Source of the DNA: Mayamaea pseudoterrestris | Taxonomy: Eukaryota | NCBI GenBank assembly: GCA_027923505.1 | Contig: BROI01000001.1 | Coordinates: 682,001 to 746,000 of the forward strand | Direction: 5' to 3' | Length of the DNA: 64,000 nt | Shown here: piece by piece, positions 1-10,713 of the stretch | How the letters are laid out: every line of letters begins with the position of its first letter | Position numbering within the stretch: the stretch's first letter is position 1 | Notes under the pieces: model-generated | What the model saw: only the letters and a program-made list of their open reading frames with translations | Told to the model about the DNA's origin: nothing | Databases searched by the model: none | Program-made: the position numbers and the translations under genes

Positions 1-1386
1 TCTGGCAGTCTGTGTACCAGTTGAGGTGCACCGCTGGCAGATCCAACAAGTTAATGGATCTGCCGTGTCTCATCATGGCAGCCAGGCTGGTGGATATTGG
101 GGTGATATTCACCCCAGCATTGGATCAAAATGTCAACCAACATCATAGAAAACAGGTTAATTGGCTAAGCAGGCAAGGCTGATGATCCTGTAGCCAAAGA
201 ATGGAGCACTACTAGCACATTCAACAACTTGTTGAATGTGCGGAGTCTCATGGCACAATGCTGCGTTACACACCACAATTGACATGACTATTGGTCGAAT
301 TGTATCATCTGTAATTTGGTTTCAATATTCTTGGGTCTGCAGGCGATTCTGGCAGTCTGTGTACTAGTTGAGGTGCACCGCTGGCAGATCCAACAAGTTA
401 TTGGATCTGCCAAATCTCACCATGGCAGCCAGGCTGGTGAATACTGGGATGATAGTCACCCCAGCATTGGATCAAAATGTCAATTAACATCATATGAAAC
501 AGGTTAATTGGCTTAGCAGGCAAGGCTGATGATCCTGTAGCCAAAGCATGGAGCACTACTAGCACATTCAACAACTTGTTGAATGTGCGGAGTCTCATGG
601 CACAATGCTGCGTCCCACACCACAATTGACATGACTATTGGTCGAATTGTATCCTATGTAATTTGGTTTCAATATTCTTGGGTCTGCAGGCGATTCTGGC
701 AGTCTGTGTACCAGTTGAGGTGCACCGCTGGCAGATCCAACAAGTTAATGGATCTGCCGAGTCTCACCATGGCAGCCAGGCTGGTGAATACTGGGATGAT
801 AGTCACCCCAGCATTGGATCAAAATGTCAACCAACATCATAGAAAACAGGTTAATTGGCTTAGCAGGCAAGGCTGATGATCCTGTAGCCAAAGCATGGAG
901 CATTACTAGCACATTCAACAACTTGTTGAATGTGCGGAGTCTCCTGGCACAATGCTGTGTTCCACACCACAATTGACATGACTATTGGTCAAATTGTTTC
1001 ATATGTAATTTGGTTTCAATATTCTTGGGTCTGCAGGCGATTCTGGCAGTCTGTGTACCAGTTGAGGTGCACCGCTGGCAGATCCAACAAGTTATAGGAT
1101 CTGCCAAATCTCACCATGGCAGCCAGGCTGGTGGATATTGGGATGATAGTCACCCCAGCATTGGATCAAAATGTCAACCAACATCATAGGAAACAGGCTG
1201 GATGGCTTAGCAGGCAAGGCAGATGATCCTGTAGCCAAAGCATGGTGCACTACTAGCACATTCAACAACTTGTTGAATGTGCGGAGTCTCATGGCACAAT
1301 GCTGCGTTTCACACCACAATTGACATGACTATTGGTCCAATTGTTTCGTATGTATTTTGGTTTCAATATTCTTGGGTCTGCAGGCG
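1..1386. repeat. Satellite family A, 347-bp tandem monomer (~4 copies, runs off the window start)
   Basis: TCTGGCAGTCTGTGTAC recurs at 1, 348, 695 and 1042. The monomer contains two related palindromes 178/169 bp apart. Confidence 0.95.
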
Positions 1387-1425
1387 CTAGGCCAAGAAAC
1401 AGCGGTAGATCACTAGGACTTATGA

Positions 1426-1680
1426 CTGCGTACATCTTATCTAGTCCTGGAATCATCAGTGCCTACATCTGTTATTAATGCAGAATCGCACTCATCAATA
1501 TTCCGGCTATGATGAAGTCCGAAATCGTTAAAGTCAAGGCACATTATGTGTCTGCGTATATCTTATCTAGTCCTGGAATCAGCGGTGCCTACATCTTGTT
1601 AACGATGCAGAATCGCACTCATTTATATTCCGGCTAAGATGAAGTCCGAAATCGTTAAAAATTCAAGGCACATTATGTGT
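1426..1680. repeat. Two-copy ~126-bp tandem duplication downstream of the FTO-like gene
   Basis: CTGCGTAYATCTTATCTAGTCCTGGAATCA...GGCACATTATGTGT starts at 1426 and again at 1552, with scattered mismatches. Confidence 0.9.
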
Positions 1681-1698
1681 TGCTGTTTTGCTATAAAT

Positions 1699-3432
1699 TC
1701 ACGTCAACGATGCCTTTCTCTTTTTGCCCTTTTTCTTCTTTGATTGAACAAGTGGCACCAAGTCAAAGTTCAAGTCAATGAGCTTACCGCCAGCAACTTT
1801 GACTGGATCTTCACTTGGAAGACTGTCGGCCGTTGCGTTAGCGAATGCTTCTCCCCATTGGCGCACCATTTCGGCAATATGCTCGAGAAAGTCGTTTGAT
1901 CCGTCGGGAAAGGGAGACACACCAAGAAACTGGCCTTCAGATTTTATCTTGCCGTTGCGGACATTGTATTCGGCTGGAAACTCCAAGGGCTTTAAAGCAT
2001 CATCAACTCGCTTGAAGGAGGGATCACGTTCTCGCTCCACCCATAAGCCTCTGTTTCGAGCGCGGTCGGCAAGCAGCTCCGAAAATGATTCATATATTCC
2101 AGTGCTTGTCCGATATACTTCCTCCACAGCGACTTGAAAGGTTCGCATTTCAAGTTTACTCCAATACTTGAACAATAGACTGATAGGTTCGCACCAAAAT
2201 CCCCATAGCAAGTCCTTGTGCGCCTGCCCCTGGATGAAGAATTGTCGAAGCCATTCGCTCTCAATCTCATTCAGCAAGAGCTGCTCAATGCGCCATCGCT
2301 TGGGACCGTGATGAGCAAACTTTTGACAGATAGCTTCGCAGCGACTAATCATGGAACTAACTTGTGCTCCTTCGCGCAGCAGTCGATGCGTCGATGAGTA
2401 GCGCGTGCCCGAAATGTTTCCGACAACTTTTGGTGCCAAGACGGCATGCTGCAAGTGATGATTGGCGTCGTCGACCAAGTAATACACTGACGCAGTCGGC
2501 AAGGACAGTTTGATGGGAGGACTCTTGGTGTCAACGACAATTGATCCCAGTCGAGCCGCCTTTGGTCCTTCGGCATTGTGAGCAACGCGAAGAGCGACGG
2601 ACCACTCATGATTGTCCCTTGATTGCGACTTGTTCAAGTTTTGTCGTATAGTTTGATATACTGCAATCGTCGAATAATGTTCCAGTGAGCTATCAGCATG
2701 CCACGAAACGGTGCATTTTGCTTGCTTGTACATGGGCTCGTCCTTCAATCGCGGCATGCTTGCCATTTTGTTAATGAGCGACACGTCAAACCCGGGACGT
2801 CCTTTGGTTCCCGGTTCACCTCGAGCTCGTTTTCTAGCATCCAAAGACGTTAAATGAACCTTGGTTCGCTCCGTTAGTGTATCGTTCAAGCTAGATATCA
2901 CTCGCAGTGCATGCGCCACTGGCTCACTGTAGCATCCTGGTGCGCCTCCATCCCACGGATGCGCAAACATGCGCAGCCCCAAGTACTTGTACGTCATGCC
3001 GCGCTTGCCCACCAAGCAGCGCGTGACAAAGGTCGGTGCACACTTGGCGCCCAGTCCCGCCGGTTGCGTCACGTCGACGCGAAAAAAGCCAGCGTCGTCC
3101 AACGTTTGTAGCGCCTGCTGGACTCGTGTTTCGGAAAATACGTTTTCCTCCCAAGTGACTCCTTCGTAGCATGTCTGCATGGCTGCTTCGTACAAGTGCT
3201 TGTGCTGATTATCTGTATTACTCAAAAATCCTTTTAGACTTGAAGGAATTGGCAAGGGAAAGGGTGGCGGCACGATATCCTTGAAGGCATGATGCTGTTT
3301 TTTCGTCGTCGTCGTGGTCGACTGCTGCTGCTTTGGCGGAAAGGCCGCCGCGGCAGCTGCTAGCAGCAAGTCATCATCTGAGCTTTCCTCTTTTACAGTC
3401 TTTCGATCCCTCTTGCCGCGATTTTTGCCCAT
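1699..3432 (-). CDS. FTO: FTO-like Fe(II)/2-oxoglutarate-dependent nucleic-acid demethylase
   Basis: 577-aa ORF with FTO motifs GMTYKYLGLRMFAHPW, VSWHADSS (HxD), HHLQHAVLA (distal His) and RYSSTHR (2OG-binding Arg). It also has an FTO C-terminal-domain-like NEIESEWLRQFFIQG and basic NLS-like termini. Confidence 0.9.
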   Translation of the reverse strand: MGKNRGKRDRKTVKEESSDDDLLLAAAAAAFPPKQQQSTTTTTKKQHHAFKDIVPPPFPLPIPSSLKGFLSNTDNQHKHLYEAAMQTCYEGVTWEENVFSETRVQQALQTLDDAGFFRVDVTQPAGLGAKCAPTFVTRCLVGKRGMTYKYLGLRMFAHPWDGGAPGCYSEPVAHALRVISSLNDTLTERTKVHLTSLDARKRARGEPGTKGRPGFDVSLINKMASMPRLKDEPMYKQAKCTVSWHADSSLEHYSTIAVYQTIRQNLNKSQSRDNHEWSVALRVAHNAEGPKAARLGSIVVDTKSPPIKLSLPTASVYYLVDDANHHLQHAVLAPKVVGNISGTRYSSTHRLLREGAQVSSMISRCEAICQKFAHHGPKRWRIEQLLLNEIESEWLRQFFIQGQAHKDLLWGFWCEPISLLFKYWSKLEMRTFQVAVEEVYRTSTGIYESFSELLADRARNRGLWVERERDPSFKRVDDALKPLEFPAEYNVRNGKIKSEGQFLGVSPFPDGSNDFLEHIAEMVRQWGEAFANATADSLPSEDPVKVAGGKLIDLNFDLVPLVQSKKKKGKKRKASLT

Positions 3433-3460
3433 TTTGAGTTCTTTAATGCGGGATCAAGGA

Positions 3461-3534
3461 TGGACGAAAAGGTCGCAACTTTTGTTCTTTGCAAGTTGGA
3501 CGAAAAGGTCGCAACTTTGTTCTTTGCAAGTTGG
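3461..3534. repeat. ~36-bp two-copy tandem duplication just upstream of the FTO ATG
   Basis: TGGACGAAAAGGTCGCAACTTT(T)GTTCTTTGCAAGT at 3461 and 3497. Confidence 0.85.
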
Positions 3535-3868
3535 TTGGCCAACGTGGAGTAACACTGCGATTTTGAAGCGACATGAGGGCAATAATGTGAATGACTCAAA
3601 AGATTGGGCCTTCTCTGAAAAAGCTGTTTTCTCCGCAATGACCGCGAGCAAGACATGGACATTGTGCGTGACGGATCCAACCATCAATCAAACAAGCAGT
3701 GAGATAGGCCAAGCAACATAATCATACGCATCGTCCCTATCAGTAGCAGTCCAAGTATACTCAGGCAAAAAGTTATTTATAGTCTCGGCCGCTTAAGATA
3801 CCAGCTCAACCCGTTGCCTTAGCACCTCGACATCTACACCCATCAATCATCCTTCGACAGATTCCATC

Positions 3869-5311
3869 ATGAGGCCAAACCGAAGCTCCTACTCCGTCAT
3901 TCAAGTAGCTCGAAGCATAACAGCAATATTGTTGCTACTTCAGCCTACTGAAGCGAATTTCTTCTCTCGAGTATACAAGCCGAACGATGGCAAGGATACG
4001 GACACGAAACCTGCTCCAGCAGGCGCAAGACTTGCCACCGGACCAGAGGCCCAAGTCGGCAGCATCATTGTCTTTGACAATGGCATTCCACTGGCTCATT
4101 TGGCCAACAATAACAAGATTCCACTCGTTGGCATGGGCGTGGGAAATCTCGATCACAATCTCATTCCAACATTGGTGGCGGAAGCCTTGCAGGATGACCA
4201 AAAGACTTTTCTCATTGATACGGCTCGTGCGTCCAACAATGAAGAATTGGTTGCCATGGGCGTCCTGCGCGGTCTGTCACAAAAGAAACTTGGACCGGGT
4301 GAGAAAATCCCCATTCACATTGTCACAAAGGTTTGGTACACTCACCTTGGCTACGAGCGAACGAAACTCTCCGTCAAGGAGTCGTTCGAGGCATTGGCGC
4401 CGTTGCTTAATAACGACAAGCTTGACTTGCACATTCACCTGTTGCTCCACTGGCCAAAGTGCTTTGACAACATTGCGTGGATGAATTGCAAGGAGGATGA
4501 AGCAAGCCTTCCGCAGTATGTCAAAGAGGCAGGTCCCGATCCAACCTTGAACCCCGACGGCGCCTGGAAGGAAAGTTGGAAGCTACTTGAAGACGTTTAC
4601 CTTGCCAATGAATACCCGATTGCAAGCATTGGAGTCTCCAATTTCCATCTACATGATCTGGAAGCCATGTCCTCCTTTGCACGAATTGAACCTCACATTC
4701 TACAGGTGAATGTATGGAGCCTTTTGTATGATTCGCATCTCGTCGAGTATTGCCACAAGCACAGGATTCACGTTCAAGTCTACAACTCCATGTCGAGCAC
4801 CGTCATGCAACCCGAGGCGGCGCCAAGGGCGTTCCATCACATTCAAAAGGTGGCGCTGGAGATTTCAAATCAGACTGGAATGAACCTAACTCCAGCCCAA
4901 GTTGTTCTTGCATGGCTCATCCAACATGGTGTCTCGGTCGTTCCTAGAACGTCCAAAATTGAGCGCGTCGCTGAGAACTCGGCCGTGGTTCTATCCAATA
5001 TTCCTGCCTTTTCTGATCTGCAAGTTGAGACGGTTGCTCATGCTGTCGAAGCTTATCTTAGCGGCGACGACTTGGAGCAAGATATCCATGTTTCGGTCAC
5101 CTTTCACGCACAAAGCGACATTGTCTTGTACTGGCTGGGACCAAACGACGAGACTCGGGTGGCTCTTTTGCGTAAAGGAGAAATTTTCAATGAGACGACA
5201 TATCCGAATCATGCCTATCGATCGTACGATGCGCAAAACAAGGACGTTTTCGTTGACCATCTCATTAAAGCAAACTTTGGGGAGCATGAAGACATTCATG
5301 TGGAACTATAA
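3869..5311 (+). CDS. Aldo/keto reductase family protein with signal peptide and C-terminal VHL-beta-like domain
   Basis: AKR motifs IPLVGMG, LIDTA, IVTKVW, LLLHWP, SIGVSNF, TPAQVVLAW and VVPRTSKIERVAEN. Hydrophobic N-terminus ending TEA. The C-terminal ~75 aa (VSVTF..IVLYWLG..NETTYPNH) resemble a VHL beta domain. Ends in HVEL. Confidence 0.85.
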   Translation: MRPNRSSYSVIQVARSITAILLLLQPTEANFFSRVYKPNDGKDTDTKPAPAGARLATGPEAQVGSIIVFDNGIPLAHLANNNKIPLVGMGVGNLDHNLIPTLVAEALQDDQKTFLIDTARASNNEELVAMGVLRGLSQKKLGPGEKIPIHIVTKVWYTHLGYERTKLSVKESFEALAPLLNNDKLDLHIHLLLHWPKCFDNIAWMNCKEDEASLPQYVKEAGPDPTLNPDGAWKESWKLLEDVYLANEYPIASIGVSNFHLHDLEAMSSFARIEPHILQVNVWSLLYDSHLVEYCHKHRIHVQVYNSMSSTVMQPEAAPRAFHHIQKVALEISNQTGMNLTPAQVVLAWLIQHGVSVVPRTSKIERVAENSAVVLSNIPAFSDLQVETVAHAVEAYLSGDDLEQDIHVSVTFHAQSDIVLYWLGPNDETRVALLRKGEIFNETTYPNHAYRSYDAQNKDVFVDHLIKANFGEHEDIHVEL

Positions 5312-5505
5312 TTGTTGTGGTTCTGTATAATTGTATCCTATTACTGTCATTTATACAAGTGTTATAAATTCGCTGCCAGCTAGCCGACATCGGAGTGCTG
5401 GGCGCTGATTATCGCTGTATAAGTAGACATGCAGTAGTATATATTATATGCACCACGGGGTACATTGATGAAATATAACAGTTGATAGGAAACTGTTATA
5501 GTCAC

Positions 5506-6567
5506 TTAAAACCCCTGAAAGTCTCCATTGGAGGCGTCCATCATGCTTACTTGCTCGTTTGGATCTCCAAGCGCTCCTGATTCAATGACACTGTTCTGCA
5601 GATTTGCCCATTGCGTGCCCAGTGACTTCTCCATGTTGTTCTTGGATCGAAATGAAAAGCTTTTACTTCTTGTGCTCTTCAAGTCATTGATGCAGGCTGC
5701 CCAAAACCGACCAACAGTGTCCAAGTCAGGGTTTAGTCGGAATCCAGGTACGCAATCGCTTCGAAGAAAGGCACCTGCATACCCTGCCTCCTTGAAGCGA
5801 GCCGTTTCCGCTCCAAGCCGTCCCTCTCCACCACTCACTTTGATAGATCCCAGTAAGGCTACTCGTTTCCTCAGCTCCTTCGACACCAGAGGCAAGGCGG
5901 CTTGTGCTACAGTTTCTTGCTCATCGTCGCTTGCAGGGTTAATGGATACTACCACTGCCACTGGTTCCTCTCCGATGAACTCAGTCAGTTCATCCAATAG
6001 CTTTGTGAAATCTTCTTCACTCCATGAAGCAGCAAAATCATGATCAATGGTGACTTCGGGAATAATTTGCAGTCCACAATCTCGTGCCGTCTTGATTGTC
6101 TCGAGGAACGTCGAATCTTCATGCAAAATGCTCGAGACGTCAGAGCTTGAGATACTTTGCTTTAAGCTTACAAGCAGACCATCGGCTCCTGCATCTGCAA
6201 CGTCTTGCGTATTGTCATCATACTTGGAACAGTATATAACCGGCAGAGGCCCAGGAAAACCGCCTTGCGCCGACTCTTGTTCGTTGCAAAAGGTTTTGAG
6301 TGCCATGACCGAGCCCTGCAGAAAGACTGCATTTGCTTTAGCGGTGCGAACTTTTGCACTTATTGTCTGGATAGCATTACTCTGCAGTAGAATGGCTGTC
6401 ATGTCGGCTGGTTCTGGAATGACAAGCTCGGGCGACAAGGTCAGCTTGCCGGAAGGTGACGAAAGCGCTTGCGAGAGGCGTCCTCGCGATTCGCTTAGAG
6501 TCAATCCATGTGAAAGGACTAATAAAGAAAGGCAGTAAACAATGCGGAGCATCTTTATCCTGTCCAT
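5506..6567 (-). CDS. Uncharacterised protein with signal peptide; probable TIM-barrel (weak IGPS/TrpC-like look), possibly plastid-targeted
   Basis: Clean 353-aa ORF. N-terminal hydrophobic segment (LSLLVLSHG-L) followed by a Ser/Arg-rich stretch. VADAGADGLLV and EAGYAGAFL are beta/alpha-barrel-type motifs. The function is not assignable. Confidence 0.6.
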   Translation of the reverse strand: MDRIKMLRIVYCLSLLVLSHGLTLSESRGRLSQALSSPSGKLTLSPELVIPEPADMTAILLQSNAIQTISAKVRTAKANAVFLQGSVMALKTFCNEQESAQGGFPGPLPVIYCSKYDDNTQDVADAGADGLLVSLKQSISSSDVSSILHEDSTFLETIKTARDCGLQIIPEVTIDHDFAASWSEEDFTKLLDELTEFIGEEPVAVVVSINPASDDEQETVAQAALPLVSKELRKRVALLGSIKVSGGEGRLGAETARFKEAGYAGAFLRSDCVPGFRLNPDLDTVGRFWAACINDLKSTRSKSFSFRSKNNMEKSLGTQWANLQNSVIESGALGDPNEQVSMMDASNGDFQGF

Positions 6568-6792
6568 CGTTGCTGAATAGCGTTGTTTTGATGGGGGAGG
6601 GGGAGCAAATCAAAATTTGAATGGGCGAAAGTTTGATGACGGATGGAGACGAGTTGCGCGACGCGCGAGGCGAGCCAGAAACAGTGTGACGCACGTGAAA
6701 CGCCGCTCACAATATTTTTAGCTGCACTCTTGGAAAGAACTTGTACATCCAGTAGTAAGCAGTTGCAGCATCACGTCGTCATTATGGCTATC

Positions 6793-7995
6793 TTACTCAA
6801 TGGGGAGAATCGTAGCATTAACCATGTGAGCAAAGTCAAAGGTTGTTTTATCGCCAGCCTTCTTGCCAGGCACCGGAAACACCCGACAGGACAAGCTTTT
6901 GTTCCATCGACTAGCCACTGCCGCCACGTCCAATAGAAGCGCCACCAAGTCATTCTCGCAACAATCTCCTGGCACCGGAACAGTGTCAACGCCTACTCCA
7001 CAAACGTGTGATATACTGAGCAGCTTGCTAATGGTCAATGTGCCTGCATTGGAGAGTTCAGCGAGACGTGTATCCTCGCAGAGTGGAAGCATGAGGCCAC
7101 AGTATCCCGTCAGTTTGATTCCCGGGAGCGACTGAATGGCTTGCGTAATACAAGCGGCGGCTGCCAAGGAGCCTGGTCCACCAAACTCTCGAACTTGATC
7201 GAGTGACTCCATGGCGCGGGCCACCGATCCGTTCTCATCGAGGGACGGATTCAGACTCGTGTCCATTCCCAAATAGTCAACTGAAAGCTTGGATGCTGTC
7301 TCTTCGCACAGCATCTGCACTGGTAGCAAAGCACTTGCGTATTCACTCTTAAAGCTTTTAATGTTATCAAGGGACGAGCATTGTTGCAACAGCCGGCATG
7401 CCAATGCGCCATTCTCCAATCCGATAGCGAAGCAAACTCTTTCACTCGTGCTGGTTGCGGCTCGTGCCGCTGGAAAGAAGGGAATGTGTGCCTTGGATGT
7501 TGTCGCACAGAATCTAAAGTTTCCTAGCCCATGTAAACAATGCTCGACTTGACTTTTGGAGATTTGCATAATGCTTTCGGCAATGGCCTTGGCCATTACA
7601 ACATCAGTGGCGTTGAGCGACGCTGAGCACGAGAATCTAGGTGAATGTTCAACAATTTTAACGCAGATTGGTAAATCAGATGGCTGAAGGGCTGAACCAA
7701 GCGCACAAAAGTCCAGTTCATGTTGTTGGAGCACTGCGTCGATTCGTTCCAAATCATTCGTCGGATCACTTTTGGAAATCCAATCGGGAAACGGATTAGT
7801 AGCAACTCTGACAGTCTGTACATCGTAACCTTGCTCCATTAAAACGGCTTCCACTTGTTTGCCGACTCGAATGGCATTTTGCAGCTTGGTTTCAACTCCT
7901 TGCTTGGCATCAAAGTCGGCTCGTGACAAGCCGACGAAGCAAGTTATTGTCCGGATCTTAAAGAGGCTTTTGTAGTCTACATTTGCTTTGCTCAT
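6793..7995 (-). CDS. DUF711 (UPF0210) family protein
   Basis: Motifs KIRTIT, GNFRFCA, PFFPAA, DTSLNPS, GYCGLMLPLCED and CGVGVDTVPVPGD. The ATG at 7995 (MSKANV) is the likely start. Confidence 0.85.
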   Translation of the reverse strand: MSKANVDYKSLFKIRTITCFVGLSRADFDAKQGVETKLQNAIRVGKQVEAVLMEQGYDVQTVRVATNPFPDWISKSDPTNDLERIDAVLQQHELDFCALGSALQPSDLPICVKIVEHSPRFSCSASLNATDVVMAKAIAESIMQISKSQVEHCLHGLGNFRFCATTSKAHIPFFPAARAATSTSERVCFAIGLENGALACRLLQQCSSLDNIKSFKSEYASALLPVQMLCEETASKLSVDYLGMDTSLNPSLDENGSVARAMESLDQVREFGGPGSLAAAACITQAIQSLPGIKLTGYCGLMLPLCEDTRLAELSNAGTLTISKLLSISHVCGVGVDTVPVPGDCCENDLVALLLDVAAVASRWNKSLSCRVFPVPGKKAGDKTTFDFAHMVNATILPIE

Positions 7996-8325
7996 TGTTT
8001 TCAAGTTCAAAGTGTGATGCGGCAACGAGCAGAAGGACAGCTCTGGGAGGTGCTCGAATGAATTTGTGGATCGGCAGCTCGTCCTCCTTGCATAGCGTCG
8101 GCATCCGTGTCGTTGCGGTATCGAAGTGTGACTGGACGATGCCAAAGGTGTTCATGTTGCTCGTCGCGGGAACTACCGGCAGCAGTTCTATCAATCACAA
8201 CAATAAACCAATGAAGCGGATCTTATAGCATATATATTATTAAATAGTAGCAGACTACCGAAGACCCTTTATAATGCTGTCGCAGCGCCTGCGGGCGCGC
8301 GTGATTTCGTGCGCCATTGCAACAT

Positions 8326-9124
8326 TTACAGCTGCTTTTTGAAGACAAAGACACCTTCCGGCTCATCATATTGCGTAAAAGTCAATCCTGCTTGCGCCGC
8401 AAATTGAAGAACGAGATCAATGGAAACGTTTCGCCGCGCATACGCCAGCAGAAACGTTCCGTCGTCCTTGAGCAACTTGGGAATAGTTTGTAAAAACAGC
8501 GGCTCCAGCACTTGTTCAAGGTATATAATGTCAGCACCCATGACGACATCATATTGTCCGAGCGTATGAACAAATTCATCGACACGACGGCCCCAAACAA
8601 GCTGCCGGCAGGAAACATTCATGCCGACATTGCAATTGGTCGCCACGTTCGCTCGGCAATTGTCAAGCGTGTCAGTGTCGCCATCCGTAAGAATCACACT
8701 CGATGCTCCCAAATGAGAGGCGAGAATGCCGCACAGTCCCAAACCAGCTCCTAGCTGATGTTTTGCGAAGAGTAGGACATGAGCGCCGAAAGAAAGAAAT
8801 ACGCAGCATACAATTTGCACAGCGGCAACGCACCTCAATAATGTTCTTGTTGACGACATAGTCGGCAGCATGCAGCAACATGAAGTCGCAAAGAATATTC
8901 GACGCACGCCAAAGTGTAAGACCGGTAGAGTTCAAAGTCTGGCCAAGCTCCTGCTTGTGCCCCTTGAACTGTAGGCAAATATCGCGGCCTTGATGCGTCC
9001 ATTTAAAGTCAAAGGTATCGTATGGATCTGGATCCTGAAAGAGACTGCCAAACTCTTCTTCGTCATCGTCGTCCTGATTCTTCATCGACTCGGCTTCGAT
9101 CCATCGCTCGTCCGTTCCGCTCAT
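8326..9124 (-). CDS. Methyltransferase family 16 (METTL21-like protein-lysine methyltransferase), 2 exons
   Basis: Exons 9124-8834 and 8754-8326, with a 79-bp GT..AG intron. Splicing restores motif I IIELGAGLG. Also TGLTLWRAS, VILTDG, QLVWG and MGADIIY (DxxY). Confidence 0.88.
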
Positions 9125-9741
9125 AATGTACAGAAATTGCTGCGGAACGACGACTGACGTACACGTCTTTACAACAAGGGCTCCCGACTACTTTGGCTTT
9201 TGTCGTCCTCGTCTAGATGCAAGTCATGCACCACGTCAACGGGAATGTAGTAATCGGGATCTTGAACAAGACAGCCGAGAAGCGGACAGGCAAAGCACGG
9301 AGCCGGAATGGCTATGCAGTTTGTGCAGATTGGTGGTAGCGGAAAACAGAAGCAAAAGGCAAAGCAATCAGCTGGCATGGAAAATCGTTTAGACTCGTTA
9401 CTGCTTTCTTGATCCCTGGAAAGATAATACCACAGAGAAAAGGAGGACATGCCGCGGCTACGCGAACCGTTTTGTCATGGTCGAGTCTGGTGGGTTTCGT
9501 TCGTTGGCTGGCGCAAAACGAAGCCGTTTCGCTGATCGCCAAATCTGTCGCATTGGTTTCGTCGCGACATCATTGCGATTCCGTCGCTGCGAGGGCCTCG
9601 GCTTACTCGTTAGTTCTTCTGTCATACGTATTTCAAAAGTTTGACTTTAGCAGCTATGGCTGAGTAAGTTGCTACCAGTTAATAGTCCATGTTCGTAAAT
9701 TGCTATTTTCAGGTGCGAGAAGCGACTAAGCAAAGCTCTAC

Positions 9742-10581
9742 TTAAGAATCCATCATGTAAAGCAGCTGCGGCAAGGCATCTATATGAATCCAGTGGCCGG
9801 CATTTTCAATGGTATGAAAGGTAAACTTGTCACTCTGTTTCTCTAGTAAATACTTTATGTCAGCCTCGTCCCAGCCCTGGTTCAACCCAGCACGGACCAA
9901 GTCGACGCGCACGTCTCCGCGTTGCAGTATGCCGTCGAGCTGATGAAAAAAGTCTTGCTCGCCAAAGTTGTGCAACAAGTCCTTTGCCACGTTTAAATCA
10001 AACTCGAAACAATGCTGTTCGGGTTGGTAGGAGCTTGATAGCCATTGAGCAGTTGACGGATCAACAAAGTAGTTTCGCTTTAAAATCGTTTCGGCCTCCT
10101 TGCGAGTCTTGACTGGATCGTCTTCCAAGAATGATTCAGCAATCTCCAACGTAAATTTGACACTGTTAAAGGCTGCGCCAGGAACAGTGTCGAGGAGCCA
10201 TATGCGCTCGACGGAAGGAGTCAAAGCGTCGTAGGCGTATTGCAGCGTCAGTCGACCGCCGAGGGAGTGGCCGACCAAAGTAATGGCGTCAATCTTGCCG
10301 TCTGGGTGCTGTTTTAACGTTGAGCTCACGTCTTCGGCGCAACTCTTGATGGTATGTTCGTTAGTTGCCTCAGCGACGGCACTCTTGCCATGACCTCGAA
10401 CATCCATTAGCAAGCCGGATCGATCTTTGCGCTCACACAATTTTCGGGCCATGGTTTGAACATTCTTGCCGTTGCCGAGCAACCCATGGAGAAATACTAT
10501 TGGATTCGTCGACGGGCCGCCTCCAATCCATTGATTGTGTAACTGCTGCGCGCAGCGAACCGCCGATCGACCAAAGGCCAT
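9742..10581 (-). CDS. Alpha/beta hydrolase, ABHD11/YbfF-like, probable mitochondrial presequence
   Basis: FLHGLLGNG, DVRGHGKS, GHSLGG nucleophile elbow, LLDTVP and NAGHWIHID. ATG at 10581 (MAFGRSAVR). Confidence 0.85.
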   Translation of the reverse strand: MAFGRSAVRCAQQLHNQWIGGGPSTNPIVFLHGLLGNGKNVQTMARKLCERKDRSGLLMDVRGHGKSAVAEATNEHTIKSCAEDVSSTLKQHPDGKIDAITLVGHSLGGRLTLQYAYDALTPSVERIWLLDTVPGAAFNSVKFTLEIAESFLEDDPVKTRKEAETILKRNYFVDPSTAQWLSSSYQPEQHCFEFDLNVAKDLLHNFGEQDFFHQLDGILQRGDVRVDLVRAGLNQGWDEADIKYLLEKQSDKFTFHTIENAGHWIHIDALPQLLYMMDS

Positions 10582-10713
10582 GGCAAAATCGTTTGGAAAA
10601 TAAATGGCCTCGCATCGGAATCGAAACGTCAATCTGACGTCATTCAACCGCGCCCGTCTGTCCGTCACCAGCTTGCGCCTCGCGGCCGTCGACGCTCCAC
10701 AATGCTTGTCACC

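Noticed and set aside
7996..8145. N-terminal extension of the DUF711 ORF in the ORF track
   Set aside because: It begins at a non-ATG codon. The first ATG at 7995 sits just before the conserved IRTIT motif.
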